A stretch of DNA of 64,000 nucleotides, from NCBI GenBank assembly GCA_030390025.1, contig CM059429.1, forward strand, positions 145,328,001-145,392,000. The letters are read 5' to 3'. Below the pieces are notes generated by a model that saw only the letters and a program-made list of their open reading frames with translations, did not search any database and was not told the DNA's origin. The stretch is from Squalus acanthias. Its lineage: Eukaryota. Position 1 is the stretch's first letter; the number at the start of each line of letters is the position of its first letter. This document shows positions 38,060 to 51,499 of this stretch, in pieces. A program made the translations under genes and the position numbers.

Positions 38060-38390
38060 ATCTAGAGCCAGCTTTTGTTTCTTAACTTGTCCCATTACCA
38101 TCTCCTTTTGCCTTGCACCATCATCCCTTTTGTCTCTTAATCTCTCCTGCCTTCCATCCTATCACAGAGCTTCCCTTTTGTTCTTTACTCCCCTCCTCCC
38201 TTTCCCTGCCCCTACACTTGCTTAAAAACCTGTTACATCTCCAACTTTTTCCAGTTCTGACAAAGGGTCATCGACCTGAAACGTTAACTTTGTTTCTCTC
38301 ACCACAGATGCTGCCTGGACCTGCTGAGTATTTCCAGCATTTTCTGTTTTTATTTCAGATTTCCAGCATCCGCAATGTTTTGCTTTTGTA
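38060..38390 (+). mobile_element. Penelope-type repeat end with mutated hammerhead motif (38253-38289)
   Basis: Same family as 18783-18920; core reads CUGACAA (G8 changed to A). Confidence 0.7.
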
Positions 38391-40254
38391 TTACTGCTTT
38401 CCTGTTCAGTCATTAGTTTTGCACCTTTGTGGAATATCGCAGGTAATGACATTACAGATATCTATCAATAGACTTTCACTCAATTTAGTATTAATTTTAT
38501 TGTTCAAATAAGGTTTAATACGGAACTTTGCAATAGTCAGAAATCATCTAGTCAAAGACAAGATTTTTCATTAACCACACTGTTTAGCTGTAGGGTTCAT
38601 ATCAAATGTAATCGTGTATCTCCAAAAAAGGAAGTGTTGACAGCAGTTACTGAGAGTTACTCTCCTGATTCAGCAGCACGACACATATTCGTCCTTAACT
38701 TCACGTAAGTGCTTTAGTTTATTGTCCTTTGTGGAGGGTTTGTTGGAGTATTAAATAGCATGACATGATACTAATGTACATATCAGATTCTTATAACTGA
38801 CAATTTACTGCATTTAGGCAGTTGAGTAACAAGGGACCAGGTGAATATTCTGTCTGGCAAACAGGTTCAGAGGCAGAAGGGGCAGTAACTGAAGCTTCAC
38901 CACTGATATTCTAAGTATCCCATGGAACACTTTCCTTTCCCTGCATGATTCTGTAAGGTTCGTGATTAACATTTTCTTTTTTATGCTTGAGTAATGGGTA
39001 AAAATGGAAAGTTTGACTGAAATGTTAATTTTTTATTTATTTTGTCACTGCTATTTACAATATCTATAAACTTTTGTTAGTGATATATTTTCTTATGGAC
39101 TAAAGTTTACTGTAAGGTACTAAACAGAAAGTTAACATAGAATTTACAAACCTAATAAATGGGGGCTTGTGTTGGGGAAGGGGTGCCCACTGAATTTAGT
39201 TAGGGACCCCTTCCACATTATTATTTAACAGAAAGAAACTGCAAATGCTGGAAATCTGAAATTATACAGCATGTCCATCAGATTGAATGAATCATCAGAA
39301 CTATGTCCTAGACTGTTTGACAGCTCTTGATTTATGCTTGGGAAATACTGCTGGAGGTAGAGCAGGATTTAGGGGTACAAGCTGTAACACATTTTACGTC
39401 AAAATTTAGAACTGGAACTTCCTATGTTCACATTTATAATAGGAAAACCATACATCTACATTTAACAATAAGAAAAAGCTCTCTCACCGTGTAAACATTT
39501 ATACTGGAAAACAGTATGTGAACGTTTATAATGGGAAAACCATATGTATCTATTTTGCGATCTCAGATTGTTGATAAACATTCAAATCACCCAAAATACT
39601 GTCTGAAAAGGTTTTGACATGCCATTTTTACCCCCGTAACTGAAATTTCTATGTCCAAAATGAAGTTTTAAAACAAAATTCAAAAAAATTACATATTTTA
39701 CAATTACATGACTAAATTTATCCATTGAGATTTTTTATGTCTTTTAATGCCATTCTTAAAGATTTTATTTGAAGGCCCCAACCGTTCCCAAAAGCCTGGC
39801 TATGGACATGGTATTTTTGCCCAGAGCTGTGACTGGGAGCTGAAGTTACACCCTGCAATCTGACCATGAGCATTGTGTGCAATTTCCCAGGATGCAGCAG
39901 TAGCATTTAGCTAGACAAACGGTAGAACGATTCTCTCAGACTCTTAAAATCTATTTCGTTGGGGGTTTTTTTCAAAATTATTTGAAGAAAAGCTAAATGA
40001 CAAATTTCAAAAGCTTTATCTGGGAAAAAATTGTATGAAGTGTTTTTTAAAAATATATAACAGCTGTGTGTGTATATGTAAATTGGCCCTTAGAGAAACA
40101 CACACACATACGCTTCTGGGAGCCAAACAAAAGACACCAAATTTAATGTTTGCTGAGATCTCTTCGAAAGTTCTAAACCAGTGCTGTCAGTGCTGGGATG
40201 CCCCACCCATATTCAGTACTATCAGGTCCATGTCCCCCCGTCACTGTTGAGCTG

Positions 40255-40605
40255 AGCTTCTGACCACATATCCTCTCCATTACCAAGACCGCATGCTTCT
40301 ACCTCCGTAGCATCGCCCATCTCCGCCCCTGCCTCAGCTCACCTGCTGCTGAAACCTTCATCCATGCCTTTGTTACCTCTAGACCTGACTGTTCCAATGC
40401 TCTAAACTTGAGCTCATCCAAAACTCTGCTGCCCCTATCCTAACTCGCACCAAGACCCGTTCACACATTGCCCCTGTGCTCACTGACCTACATTGGCTCC
40501 CAGACTGGCAACGCCTCAATTTTTAAGTTCTCATCCTTGTTTCCAAATCCCTCCATGGCCTCGCCCGCTCCCTATCTCTGCAATATCCTCCAGCCTGACA
40601 ACCCT
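40255..40605 (+). mobile_element. L2-type LINE fragment
   Basis: HAFVTSRPDCSN...IQNSAA...LHWL motifs. Confidence 0.7.
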
Positions 40606-42352
40606 CCGAGCAATATTCCCTCTAATTTTTTTGTGGGTGCGTGGCTCCTTTAACGGACTGTGCGGCCTATTCAAATTTCCGTGTATGCGCGTTTTTTCCA
40701 TTGCCAGCAAGCAACCTGCGCGGGACAGTTGTTGTTGTATAAACTTATTGACTAGTATAAATTAAAAAGTTATTGCTATAAGTGCTAAACTATTTCAGTA
40801 AATGAACCCTGCTCTGAAAGTACTTCATTTAATTGATATTTTAGTGGATTTACAAACACCCAATTAGAATAGGTGTTTACAATGGTCTGGCTCCGGTATA
40901 AAGTATATATTTCCCAGTCTTTGGTAAATAAAGCCTAATAGTGCACGGAATAAATTAATGATTCTGATAAACTAAATTCTATTAAAAAAATGAGTGAGTA
41001 AATGACAGCATACGGTGAGATTTGTGACACTGTGGTCTGCATTGGTTATACCACTCTCTGTACCAGTGCACCAGCCAATTGCATTCATTCTGTTTTTAGT
41101 TAAATTAGTTTCATTGAGCAGTACTGAAAAAATACACATACTGACTGAGAATGACAAATGCTGTTCCCCTGATGGCCTAGGGCAACAGTGGCCAAACCAC
41201 AACCTTTGAGCTACCTGTGGCTCCAGAGCTTCAGAAATCCAGCCCTTGAAGCCGAGGCAATTCAATCTTATGTATGTTTATATCTGTTATTCGCTGGTTT
41301 GTGGTGTTTGATTTTTGGGGCCTTGGAGGTTTGGAAATGGCTGTTCTTAACGCTATTGCTTTATTATTGGATAAATCCTAAATCAGAACACCAAGATCCT
41401 TTGGTATTAATAATCTGAGAAATATAAAAGTGAATGCGGGTATTGATTTAAATTGTATATGGGCCCCCCCACACCCATACTAAACACCTATTGCCTACAG
41501 ACAAGAAGCTTAGACACTCACTCAGGGGTGGTATCACCCTGTATACAGTACGAAATATTGCAGAAGACTGCAGATTCAACTGTTTGATCTCAATCAGGGC
41601 AACAGTCAAACTGTTACAATTGACTTCAGCATCTGGGGTTACAATAAGCAGAGTTCTCACCACTGATCATTGCCTGGTGGCCCTTTCAGTCTCTGATTAA
41701 GTTGGAGCTGTAAGTTGCTTTGGGAAATCCAACCCAGAAAGCCACAGGGAGAGAAGCTGAGCAAGACATCTCGAAGAGTTATTTATCAGTGACAGCAGTG
41801 CACGCGCATTAAAATCAGTCAATTCAAATTTCCCACTCTCTGGGGAGCCACACTGACTAATGATCTGCTGGTTTTAATGCACACATTCTACCAATGATAA
41901 TTGACACACAGAGGAGCCCCACAGTCCCCAGTGGAACCTTTGCCTACAGAAAAACCAACTGCTAGCCAGGCACAAGCTCTCAGGTTAACACTGAAGGGGC
42001 ACTCTCCACAAGTCAACACCTAATAGCACAACACAAAATGTCTGAGCTTGATTTCACACTCCACTTCCCTCTTGGGGCGCTAAAACTCAATTTCGCAGTC
42101 GCCGGCGCTAATTAGCGTTGGGCGCCAAAAGAACTTTGGTATTAATCACAAGGAATGGCACATCATAGTATCTACCAAATAATCCTGTTCCGATTCTAGT
42201 GCCAATATCATAGTGTGACTTCCAAAACAATATCTATTTCCATTTGATTGATTAATTGGAGTCACCCTTTCATCTGTCACACATTTTCAGTGAAAATCAC
42301 TCATTTTGTTTAAAATTGCCAGATATTTTAACGTATCGCCTTCTCAGAAATA

Positions 42353-42925
42353 TGTGAGAAGTCGCATAACACCAGGTTATAGTCCAACAGCTTTATTTGA
42401 AATCACAAGCTTTCGGAGCGCTGCTCCTTCGTCAGGTGAAGTGAAGAGATGCATATCGGCACAGCATATATAGTCAGAGAACACTGCCAGATGATTACAG
42501 TTAATCTTTCTAACTGCCCTTTATCACACCTCGCAGAGAGATAATCACGGCAATCACGGTTTTTTGTTTTCCATACAGACCCCAGCATCTGCCATATTTG
42601 ACCCCTTGTGACCCCACCTCATTGTCTTTGATGTAATGTTTTCCTGACTGACCTGTTTGGACACCATCCACACCTTTGATTGCCGTGATTATCTCTCTGC
42701 CGAGGTGTGATAAAGGGCAGTTAGAAAGATTAACTGTAATCATCTGGCAGTGTTCTCTGACTATATATGCTGTGCCTATATGCATCTCTTCACTTCACCT
42801 GACGAAGGAGCAGCGCTCCGGAAGCTTGTGATTTCAAATAAAGCTGTTGGACTATAACCTGGTGTTGTACGACTTCTCACATTTGTCCACCCCAGTCCAA
42901 CACCGGCATCTCCACATCATGGCTA
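42353..42925. mobile_element. Penelope-like insertion with ~205-bp inverted arms
   Basis: Arms 42352-42556 and 42677-42882, 120-bp spacer, 12-bp TSD TTCTCAGAAATA (42341-42352 / 42926-42937), hammerhead motif in each arm. Confidence 0.8.
42404..42438 (-). ncRNA. Minimal type I hammerhead ribozyme motif
   Basis: CAC-CUGACGA-A-GGAGC AGC GCUCC-GAAA-GC-UU-GUG. The + strand twin at 42796-42830 has GGAA instead of GAAA. Confidence 0.65.
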
Positions 42926-43186
42926 TTCTCAGAAATAAATCATTTTAAATGGACTTGCAATCTGTCTCACTCCAATATTGCTTCAATGTTGACGGCCCTG
43001 ATGTTGTCTGGGTAGAAAAACAACACCGACAACATGCTTTTAAAGATGAAAATTAAGTGTTAAAGATAGATGGTTGAAATACACTAAATCAGCAGATCTT
43101 CACTGCTAAGTGTAAGGAAATCTACTGGACGGTTACTTATCAAAGTTCATTGTTTCCTTTTCTATATTTTCAGAACTCGTCAAATA

Positions 43187-43250
43187 ATGTTACTGCTGGG
43201 AAATCAAGGAGTCCAGATTCCTATTTTACTGCATATCCTTCTCAGTGCAG
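43187..43250 (+). CDS. IgSF receptor, leader exon
   Basis: MLLLGNQGVQIPILLHILLSA; pyrimidine tract + CAG acceptor at 43173; CAG/GTAAG donor in phase 1, compatible with the V exon. Confidence 0.75.
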
Positions 43251-43857
43251 GTAAGGGAGCTTACAATGTCTTCTTCTAATTCACATTAGAAAGTTACAAA
43301 AATATTCCCCTATTTTTTACATGACACAATACATGTCCAAATCTTGAAACCTAATAAGGTTCTAATTCTCCAAATCCATGGTCTTCGTTCTCTCCCTCCC
43401 CGACCTGCCTTCTCTGATTGTCATTTTTACAGCTGGCTGATTGATGAAGAATCCTCACTTCTCCTCCTCCCCCACCCGCCATTGTTGCATTGTAGCTGGT
43501 TTTGGGGTGCAGGGTTTTTATCCCATTAATTGTTGTTTTATAACTGACTACTTAAACATTTTCAGTTGAAATGGAGGCTCCATCAGAAATATTGAACTGA
43601 CTTTCTCTTTCAGATGCTGATTAACACATTGTGTACTTACAGCATTCTCTGCTTTAATTTCAAGTTTTCAGTATGGTTGTCTTTTCTTTTTATCGCATCT
43701 GCAAAATAATTTAAAATGCAGACTGCAATATTACTCATGCTTGTTTGTGGTGCTGTTGAGAGAAATTGCTACAAAAGCAGACTCTACTGGTGCTGTAGCT
43801 GTTTAAACATATTAAAAATATGAAATGAGGAAAAACACATTTGGCCCATGAACCCAT

Positions 43858-44005
43858 TCCAGAGCTGTTATCTTTCGGATGAGACATTAAACTGAGGCCC
43901 CCGTCTGCCCTCTCAGGTGGACGAAAAAGATTCCATGGCACTATTCGAAGAAGGGCATGGGAGTTCTCCCTGGTGTCCTGGCCATTTATTTATCCCTCAA
44001 CCAAC
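43858..44005 (+). mobile_element. Deu-domain SINE (SacSINE1-like), 5' part; 3' part resumes at ~46115-46280
   Basis: TCTTTCGGATGAGACATTAAACTGAGGCCCCGTCTGCCCTCTCAGGTGGA Deu core; split by a CR1 and a MITE. Confidence 0.75.
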
Positions 44006-44007
44006 TA

Positions 44008-45405
44008 TACTCCTAGTAACTACAGGCCGGTCAGTTTAACATCAGTGGTGGGTAAAGTTTTAGAAACAATAATCAAGGGAAAAAATTAATGGGCACTTGG
44101 AAAGGTTTAAGCTAATTAAGGAGAGCCAACACGGGTTTGTAAAAGGCAGATCATGTTTGACTAATCTAATTGAATTTTTTGATGAAGTAACAGGGAGGAT
44201 TGATGAAGGGAATGCAATGGATGTTGTCTACATGGATTTTAGGAAGGTGTTTGACAAAGTACCACATAGAAGACTGATTAACAAAATTGAGGCTCATGGA
44301 ATAGGTGGGTCAGTGGCAGCTTGAATAAGGAATTGGCTTAAGGACAGAAAACAGCGAGTTGTGGTAAATGGCTGTTTTTCAGACTGGAGGATGGTAGACA
44401 GTGGTGTTCCCCAAGGGTCAGTGCTAGGGCCACTATTTTTTTTGATAAAATGACCTGGATATTGGAATACAGAGTAGAATTTCTAAATTTGTTGATGACA
44501 CCAAACTTGGGGGTGTGGCAAACAGTGAGGATGATACCAATCGACTGCAAGGGGACATAAAAAGGCTAGCAAAATGGGCAGACAAGTGGCAGATGGAATT
44601 TAATACAGAGATGTGTGAGGTGATACATTTTGGCAGAAGGAATAGGGAGAGGCAATATACACTTAATGGCACAGTTTTACAGCGTGTGCAGGGACAGAGA
44701 GACCTGGGAGTTAATGTGCATAGGTCCCTGAAGGTGGCAGAACATATTGAGAGAGTGGTCAGCAAAGCATATGGGGTCTTGGGCTTCATAAATAGAGGTA
44801 TTGAGTACAAAAGTAGAGAAGTTATGCTGAACCTTTATAAAGCACTTGTTAGGTCGCAACTGGAGTATTGCGTCCAGTTCTGGTCACCACACTTTAAGAA
44901 GGATGTGAAGGCCTTTGAGAGGGTGCAGAGGAGATTTACCAGAATGGTTCCGGGGATGGGGGAATCTTAGCTACAAGGACAAGTTGGAGAAGCTGGATTT
45001 GTTTTCATTAGAGCAAAGGAGGTTGAGGGGTGATTTGATAGAGGTGTACAAGATTATGACTGGTTTGGATAGGCTAGACGGGGAAAGGCTGATCCCACTA
45101 TTTGATGGTACAAGGACTAGGGAACATAGATTTAAGATTTTGGGCAAGAGATACAGGGGGGATGTGAGGAAAAACTTTTTTATGCAGCGATGGTGAGGAC
45201 CTGGAACTCGCTGCCGACGGAAGTGGTGGAAATGGATACACTCAATGTTTTCAAGGGGAGACTGGATAGACACTTGAGGGAAATAAACTTGCAGGGATAT
45301 GGGGATAGAGCGTGGGAATGGGACTGACTGGATTGCTCTACAGAGAGCTGGCACGGACTCGATGGGCCGAATGGCCTCCTTCTGTGCTGTTATGACTGTA
45401 TGACT
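44008..45405 (+). mobile_element. CR1 RT 3' fragment (intronic)
   Basis: YRPVSLTS, QHGF, QLEYCVQFWSP motifs; TATGACT-type tail. Confidence 0.9.
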
Positions 45406-45406
45406 T

Positions 45407-46102
45407 AAAAATTCGGTTGCTTTGCACCTCCTGTTAACGGGGCGCAAAGCAACTATTGCCTGGGCGCGGCGCCGCCAACACCTCCCACGAAATTCAGCGG
45501 GAGGTTAGCGGCGGCGGTAACCATTAGCACCCCGCGGCGCTGCGCCACCAGCGATAACATAATCGCCATGTGCAGCGCCCCGGCCGCGATCTCCGGGAGC
45601 GCCCCGACTTACCGCCGGACGCTATGTCCAACTGGGTCACGGGGGCCTACCTGCGGCCGGGGTGGCGCAAATTAAAGGGGAGGTGCAGGGCAGCCATTTT
45701 TGTTGCTGGCCACTTGCCAGCACCTGCCCCTGTTGCCGTCCCCGGCCTCCTCTGCAGCCTCCCGGCGGAGTGCCGGCTGCGTTCCGTGAGCCCGGCACTT
45801 CTCAAGTGTCGGGCTCTTTTGCCGGCACTCCGAACCCTGGTGGCCCAGCTGGGCCCCAGGTCACGCTGCGCTGGGCCCCTCCCCTTTAAGAAGGGGAGGA
45901 AGGCCTGCAGTACCATGGCGCTGCGGCACATCGCGCCGCAATATTCACTCGCAGCACCCCGAGAGAGAGGCGGGGTGCTTGCAGTAGCACCCCGCTTCCC
46001 TCTTGGGGCGCTACCGGTGAATTTTGGCCGTGGGGGGCGCTAATTTTTTCGGGCTCCGGTGAAGTTAGCGCCGCAAAGGGGGCGCGACTCAATTTTTCCC
46101 CC
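45407..46102. mobile_element. GC-rich Harbinger-type MITE, longer relative of 32948-33071
   Basis: Shared ends AAAATT(C/G)GGTTGCTTTGC... and ...AAAGGGGGCGCGA..AATTTTTCCCCC. Confidence 0.7.
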
Positions 46103-47648
46103 TTTGACTCTATGACTAAAAACAGATCATCTGCTCATTATCTCATTGCTGTTTGTGGGACCTTGCTGTAGGTAAATTGTCTGCCGCATTTCCTTCATTA
46201 CAACAGTACTTCAATGGCTGGAAAGCACTTTGGGACGCCCTGAGGTTGTGAAAGGCACTATATAAATTCAAGTTTGTTCTTTGACTATCTGGTGGCAATC
46301 ATATAAATATAGAGTTCATTAGGGAGTGTACAGTGCAATTTAAAATTTCCTTTGGAAATGCACATGTGCTGTTTCTGTTAAATTTATAGTGGCTGATTTC
46401 CATTACTAATGTGTGGTTCAGAACTGGTGCAAATTGCAACAGAATTGCCATTTTAATAGCCCTCAAATTTTGCATGATTATTGACAGCTCCAGGTACAGA
46501 TTTGAGCATGTGCAGGGAGCATAAAATCACATTTGTAATATAATTCATACATTATAAAGAAAGAATTTGCACTTATACAGTGACGTACCGTGTCTCTCAG
46601 AAATGTTGCAAAGCACGACATATAGAATGAATTCTTGTGCAATTATTTTTTTATGGTTAAATGTGGCTGTAATTTTGCACACAGCAAGTTTCCGGAATCA
46701 GCAGAGATGAATGACCAATTAATCCGATTGTTTTGGTGGCGGTTATGAGTGGGTGCACAAAAAAATCGGATTATCACAATTGCAGAGAAATTCTTCTGGT
46801 AAACTGAGAATAGACAAAATATAAGTAACTTAAATCACTGAGAGAGCTTTCTTAAATGGATTTTCTAATCATTGAAAGTTTCATTTTCTAAATAAAAGCA
46901 TTCCGTGAATTTGGTGCTTTGTAGTGTGATGTTTTAATGCGACAAGCAGGACTTCTAGGTACACAGTACAATGGCCCACTAGGGTTGTACCCCTGTACCA
47001 TAGTGTAAGGTTATACAACACTCCATGGGTTATACTGATGGATTCATTTGGGGAGATTTTAACACTGCTCTCCCGACGGAAACAGGGTGGGCTGGCAGTT
47101 AAACTCGCCCATGGGACTTACCTGCCGAGATCCCGCTGTCTTCACGCGGGTTCCGATTTTAACCTGCTTTTCTGAGCCGGCGAGAGACACACTTGTGGCG
47201 GGATCCTTCTTTAAATATGCAGATCGGGTTCTGATGATGTTGTTAAGGTCCGAATGCGATTTTAACCAGAAGCCGTTGTGGCTTTCTCGCCAGGCCAACC
47301 TACCAGGAAGAGTAGGGGACAGAGGAGGCCCAAAAAGCTAAGTCTTTTTCATTTTTTTGACTTTCCTTGTGGGACCAGGAGGAGCAGGAGTTCTCCTGCT
47401 TTCCTGAACTTCCAAGGCCATTTTGGGCACTTCAGTACCTGATTTCCAGAATATTAGAATATGCTGCTCTCTCTTAGCAAACAAAACATAGAATCAGCAG
47501 TGTGTAAATACTGGAGTGGAGCGATTATCACCAAAATGAACTGAACCTAGATTTTAAATGGGTTGATCAGTGATGTGTCAGCAGGGTGATGGGTTATTAA
47601 CGTTGCATTATCTACACAAACTAATTAATGTTTTTTTTTTGCCCCAAG

Positions 47649-48011
47649 GAAAAAGCCAAAGGCTGACAGTTTCCCAGACGCCATCTGTGATCAAAGCACT
47701 AAAAGGACAGACAGTGAAAATAAACTGTTCGCACAGCAATGAAAACGGAGAACAGTTGAGGATTAAATGGAGAAAAAGTGACAGCACACAAGAGCTTTGC
47801 GATTATACTTACAATAAAAATGAAACAAAATATACATTATGGCATTGTTTAGAACGTGCTAACATTACAATGAACCTCTCAACAAACTCATCTTTAATAC
47901 TCTACGATCTACATGTAAATGACTCTGACATTTACTTCTGTCAGACTTCTATTGAAATACCTCCCCCTACACAAACAGCAGAAGGTACCGGCACGCACCT
48001 AACAGTGGAAG
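47649..48011 (+). CDS. IgSF receptor, germline-joined VJ-type V-set exon (CD28/CTLA-4/CD28H/NKp30-like)
   Basis: 363-nt phase 1-1 exon with AG/GT ends. VSQTP, KINC, IKW, extra ELC...C pair, DSDIYFC, IEIPPP, GTGTHLTV. Confidence 0.92.
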
Positions 48012-48454
48012 GTGAGTTTAACTTAGTGATGGCCCATAATGGAAGCTGACACCAAAATTGGAAAGAAGTACTTGCTCCTACATTACAACAGTGACTACAC
48101 GTCGAAAAGGACTTTGTTGGCTGTAAAGCACTTTGGGACGTCCTGAGATCTTGAAAGGCGCTAGATAAATGCAAGTCCTTTCTTTTTTTAGATGACACCA
48201 AGCTTAGGTTTTTAAACCATGCAGGTTGTAAGAAGAGAAGACTGACAGGAGGTGTTTCCTTCCTGGGAGTGAGTTGTATCCATGAAATGGAAAAAAACCA
48301 AAAAAGCTGATTGAGAATTTGAAGGCTAGAAGTGTGAAAAGGATGGCTTATCTTTTTTCTTCTCAGTAAGTGTGGGAGAGATGCTGGAAGAGCCTCCTGA
48401 GCTATGAGGGCAGGTGTTCAGGTTTAGAATAGACTTAGACTTTTGTTATGCTTG

Positions 48455-49070
48455 GGGGTGAAATTGATCTTGGGCGGTAGTGCAAAATAAGCAATGACAA
48501 ATTGACAGCCCGTTTTACACACCGCCCATTTATTTTAGGAAAGCACTGGGTGGAGCGTGCACAAGGCATGTTCTGCCCAGTATCAACTGGTGGGCCAGCT
48601 GAAGAGAAAAGAAAGACTTGCATTTATATAGCGCCTTTCACAACCTCAGGATGACCCAAAGCACATTACAGCCAAAGAAGTAATGAATAATAATAAGCAA
48701 TGAAGGGGAGGTGACAGCTAAGTTGGTGTTCATTTTTACGTGGGTGGGAGGAGCAGAAGTGTTCCTCTGGGCTCCATAGCACCAGCCTGGGCGGCTGCTG
48801 TTCCTGATTCACCCCGCCCCGCCCGCCTTTCCCTTCCTGAGATCGCCCTTCTTCTCCACAGACCTATCTTTCCTGGCCCGGAGGCCACCCAATATTGCAG
48901 TGGACCGGAGCTGGCGGGATGCCCAGGGGGTGTTCATTTTGTGCCCGAAGCCCGCCAGCCAAATGCTAACGAGACCCGACCCTCAAAATGTGCCGGGAGT
49001 ATCGGATGACAGGCTGGCACTCTCCGCCACTGGCTGCCCAAAGTCCGCTCAGAGTGAAAATCTACCCCTA
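48455..49070. mobile_element. Probable MITE with embedded SINE piece
   Basis: GGGGGTGAAATTG...AAAATCTACCCC-like termini, GC-rich interior. Confidence 0.4.
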
Positions 49071-49179
49071 AGTTTCTTGGAGGCAGCTTTTGCATTCAAG
49101 GAAATCAGGGAGTTCCATTTGAGGTTAGAGGAGATAGTGAATGCCAATAGAGGAAGGAAGGAAATTTATGCAGTGCTTT

Positions 49180-49550
49180 ATATTGTCCCAAAGTGCTTCA
49201 CATCCAATGGATAACTTTTTGAAGTGTGGTCACTGTTGCACATAGGCAAATACGGCAGACAAGTTACGCACAGCAAGATCCCACAAACGACAAATGAGTT
49301 GAGTGACCAGTTAATTATTTTTTGATGGTATTATTTGAGGGAGAAATGTTGGCCAGGATACCAGAATAATTTACTGTTCTGCTTTACATAGTACCATGGG
49401 ATTTTTACATCCACCTGAATAGGCAGACAGGGCCTTGGCTGCGCCTCTGACATTGCAGTACCCCCTCAGTAGTGCATTGACATCTCAGACTATAACTATG
49501 CGGTCAAGTCCTAGAGTGGGATTTAAATGCACAATCTTTTGACTCAAAAG
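49180..49550 (-). mobile_element. Diverged Deu-domain SINE
   Basis: Similarity to 53728-54180. Confidence 0.65.
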
Positions 49551-51193
49551 TGAGTGATAGGACTAAAGATGGTGCCATCAAAGGTAAGAACTAATGATTT
49601 GTTGGACTTTCACAATTCAAGAGTTCTATATATTTATAACACTTTTAATTTTATACTGTTTCTACTTCGCAGTCAGCATTTTCTCAGTATGTTTCATTAA
49701 CAGAACTTATAAGGACAGGAAGCATACACTGGACAATCTATTCCTGCATCTTGAATAAACAGCAGAATGTTTCAAAAACAATTTTTTTCTCAGTATCAGT
49801 AGATTTTTGATATGCTGATAATGGAATATATTGTTTCATATAAGAATCTAAAGCCCCACGTACTCAATTGGGGGAAGAGGAAACACGGCAGCCATTTTGT
49901 GCATGTAGTGCTCGTGTAGTCTGCTGCTGTTTTGGTCATTATTATACTTTATGATCAGATTATTGTGCAAAATGATAGAGCTCCTTTCAACTGAACTAAA
50001 TCTAACTGTAACTAAAATAAACCAACATGTGCTGATACATCAGGCTGTTAACATTAACTGTTAACTGTATCCTCATTAAAAGTAATGGCAACATAAAGAT
50101 GAACTCAGATTTTGACCTGGATTCACAGTTACTCCCATCAGTAACATGGTTACAGCTACTTCAACAAGAATGAGTGTCCCCTTCCCCTGAATTAACCGCG
50201 ATCCTTACAGGAGGTCCAAATCATTTTAGAAATCTGCTTTGGTTATTTATTAGATTTGACAACTACTTGGATGAATCCATATGAATAGTTATTGTAATTT
50301 AATCCAAAGATTGTTCTCTGAGGTTGTTATTTTTCACTTCCCACCCTCCAAAAAGGCAGATTAACTTTGTGCCTTGTGCCTGTTGTATTTTACCCACAAA
50401 GTGTTAAGGATAATTTTTTTTAATTTTTATCCATAATTAAATCAAATATATTTAAATCTCTCAGGCCTAAAACAACTTTCAGGAGAATCCAAGTATAGAA
50501 ACACTTCAATTAAATTACAGAGCAGGAGGCTGCTCCCAACAGTGTCCTGGGTGACAACTTCCAAACCAACATCTAACACAACCTGGCTGGTTTGTTTTTA
50601 ATTTTTTGTTTTAGAAAGTAAGGAGACAGATTTGAAGATGCTGAGACAGAACCAGTGTCCATTCCAATCATAGCCTTGGTCCTGGTGTTGGTCCTCATCT
50701 TGATACCTCCTTTACTAAACTGCTTCAAGGAAACCAGCAATTCCAGTCACCCACCACCAGCAACACATGTGGGTGAAAGAGTGCAGAGGCCTGAGGGGCA
50801 AGAAGAATCAGGGGCATTCAGGCTGGGAGCAAACAGGAGTAGGGTGTGTTGGGCTATGGTCTGGGAGGAAACAGATGGCCTAGGACATGGGCCAAGGCCT
50901 TGGAAGAAACAAGTGGGATGGGAGTGAGCCAGTCAGACCTAGTATCTGATAATGGGGCAGACGGCATGGGAGATTTAGATGAATGCCTGGGGAATTTAGT
51001 GCAGCCTATTCCAATTTTCTTATTTCTGAAGTTGGCTTGTTAATACAGGTCTCACAGTAAAGCATAATGTAACTTTAATTAAACAGTTCCTAAATCTCAC
51101 AAAGTAACAATTGAAGAAGCAGTGGAAAAAAATGACAGGCAGTGTGAACAATGGAAATAGAAGGTCTAATAACCTGTCACAATTGATTTTCAG

Positions 51194-51499
51194 CTCATCC
51201 AACAGTCCAGTTAAGAGCAGAGACTCTGCCTTACCCTAATGAAGGTGTACAGCTAGTCTGCTCATCACTGGAGTTCTATCCTGGCAGCATTCAAGTGTCC
51301 TGGTTTAAAGATGGACAGTTAATCATCAATGGGTCTGAGAATGGGACTCTTTACACTAACAGTGACGGCTCATTCTCCATCACAAGTTTCCTGAATCTTT
51401 CTGGATTTGAGTGGAATGAAAGTGGAAATTATTCCTGTCAGGTGAACCACTCGACACTGTCTGCACCCATCACTGAACGGATTTCTGTTAGTAACCAAG
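51194..51499 (+). CDS. IgSF receptor, C1-set exon
   Basis: 306-nt phase 1-1 exon; LVC, FYP, VSWFKDG, NSDGSFS, YSCQVNH (Ig/MHC C1 signature). Confidence 0.92.

Noticed and set aside
47570-47648. N-terminal extension of the V ORF given in the ORF track
   Set aside because: Intronic: branch-point-like CTAAT, poly-T tract and AG acceptor at 47647-47648.
47649-48100. Rearranging TCR/Ig V segment
   Set aside because: The J-like strand is already in the exon, and I saw no CACAGTG-spacer-ACAAAAACC signal beside it.
50655-50927. Hydrophobic ORF (MSIPIIALVLVLVLILIPPLL) as a TM exon
   Set aside because: Lies between V and C1, lacks an adjacent convincing acceptor/donor pair, and derives from low-complexity sequence.
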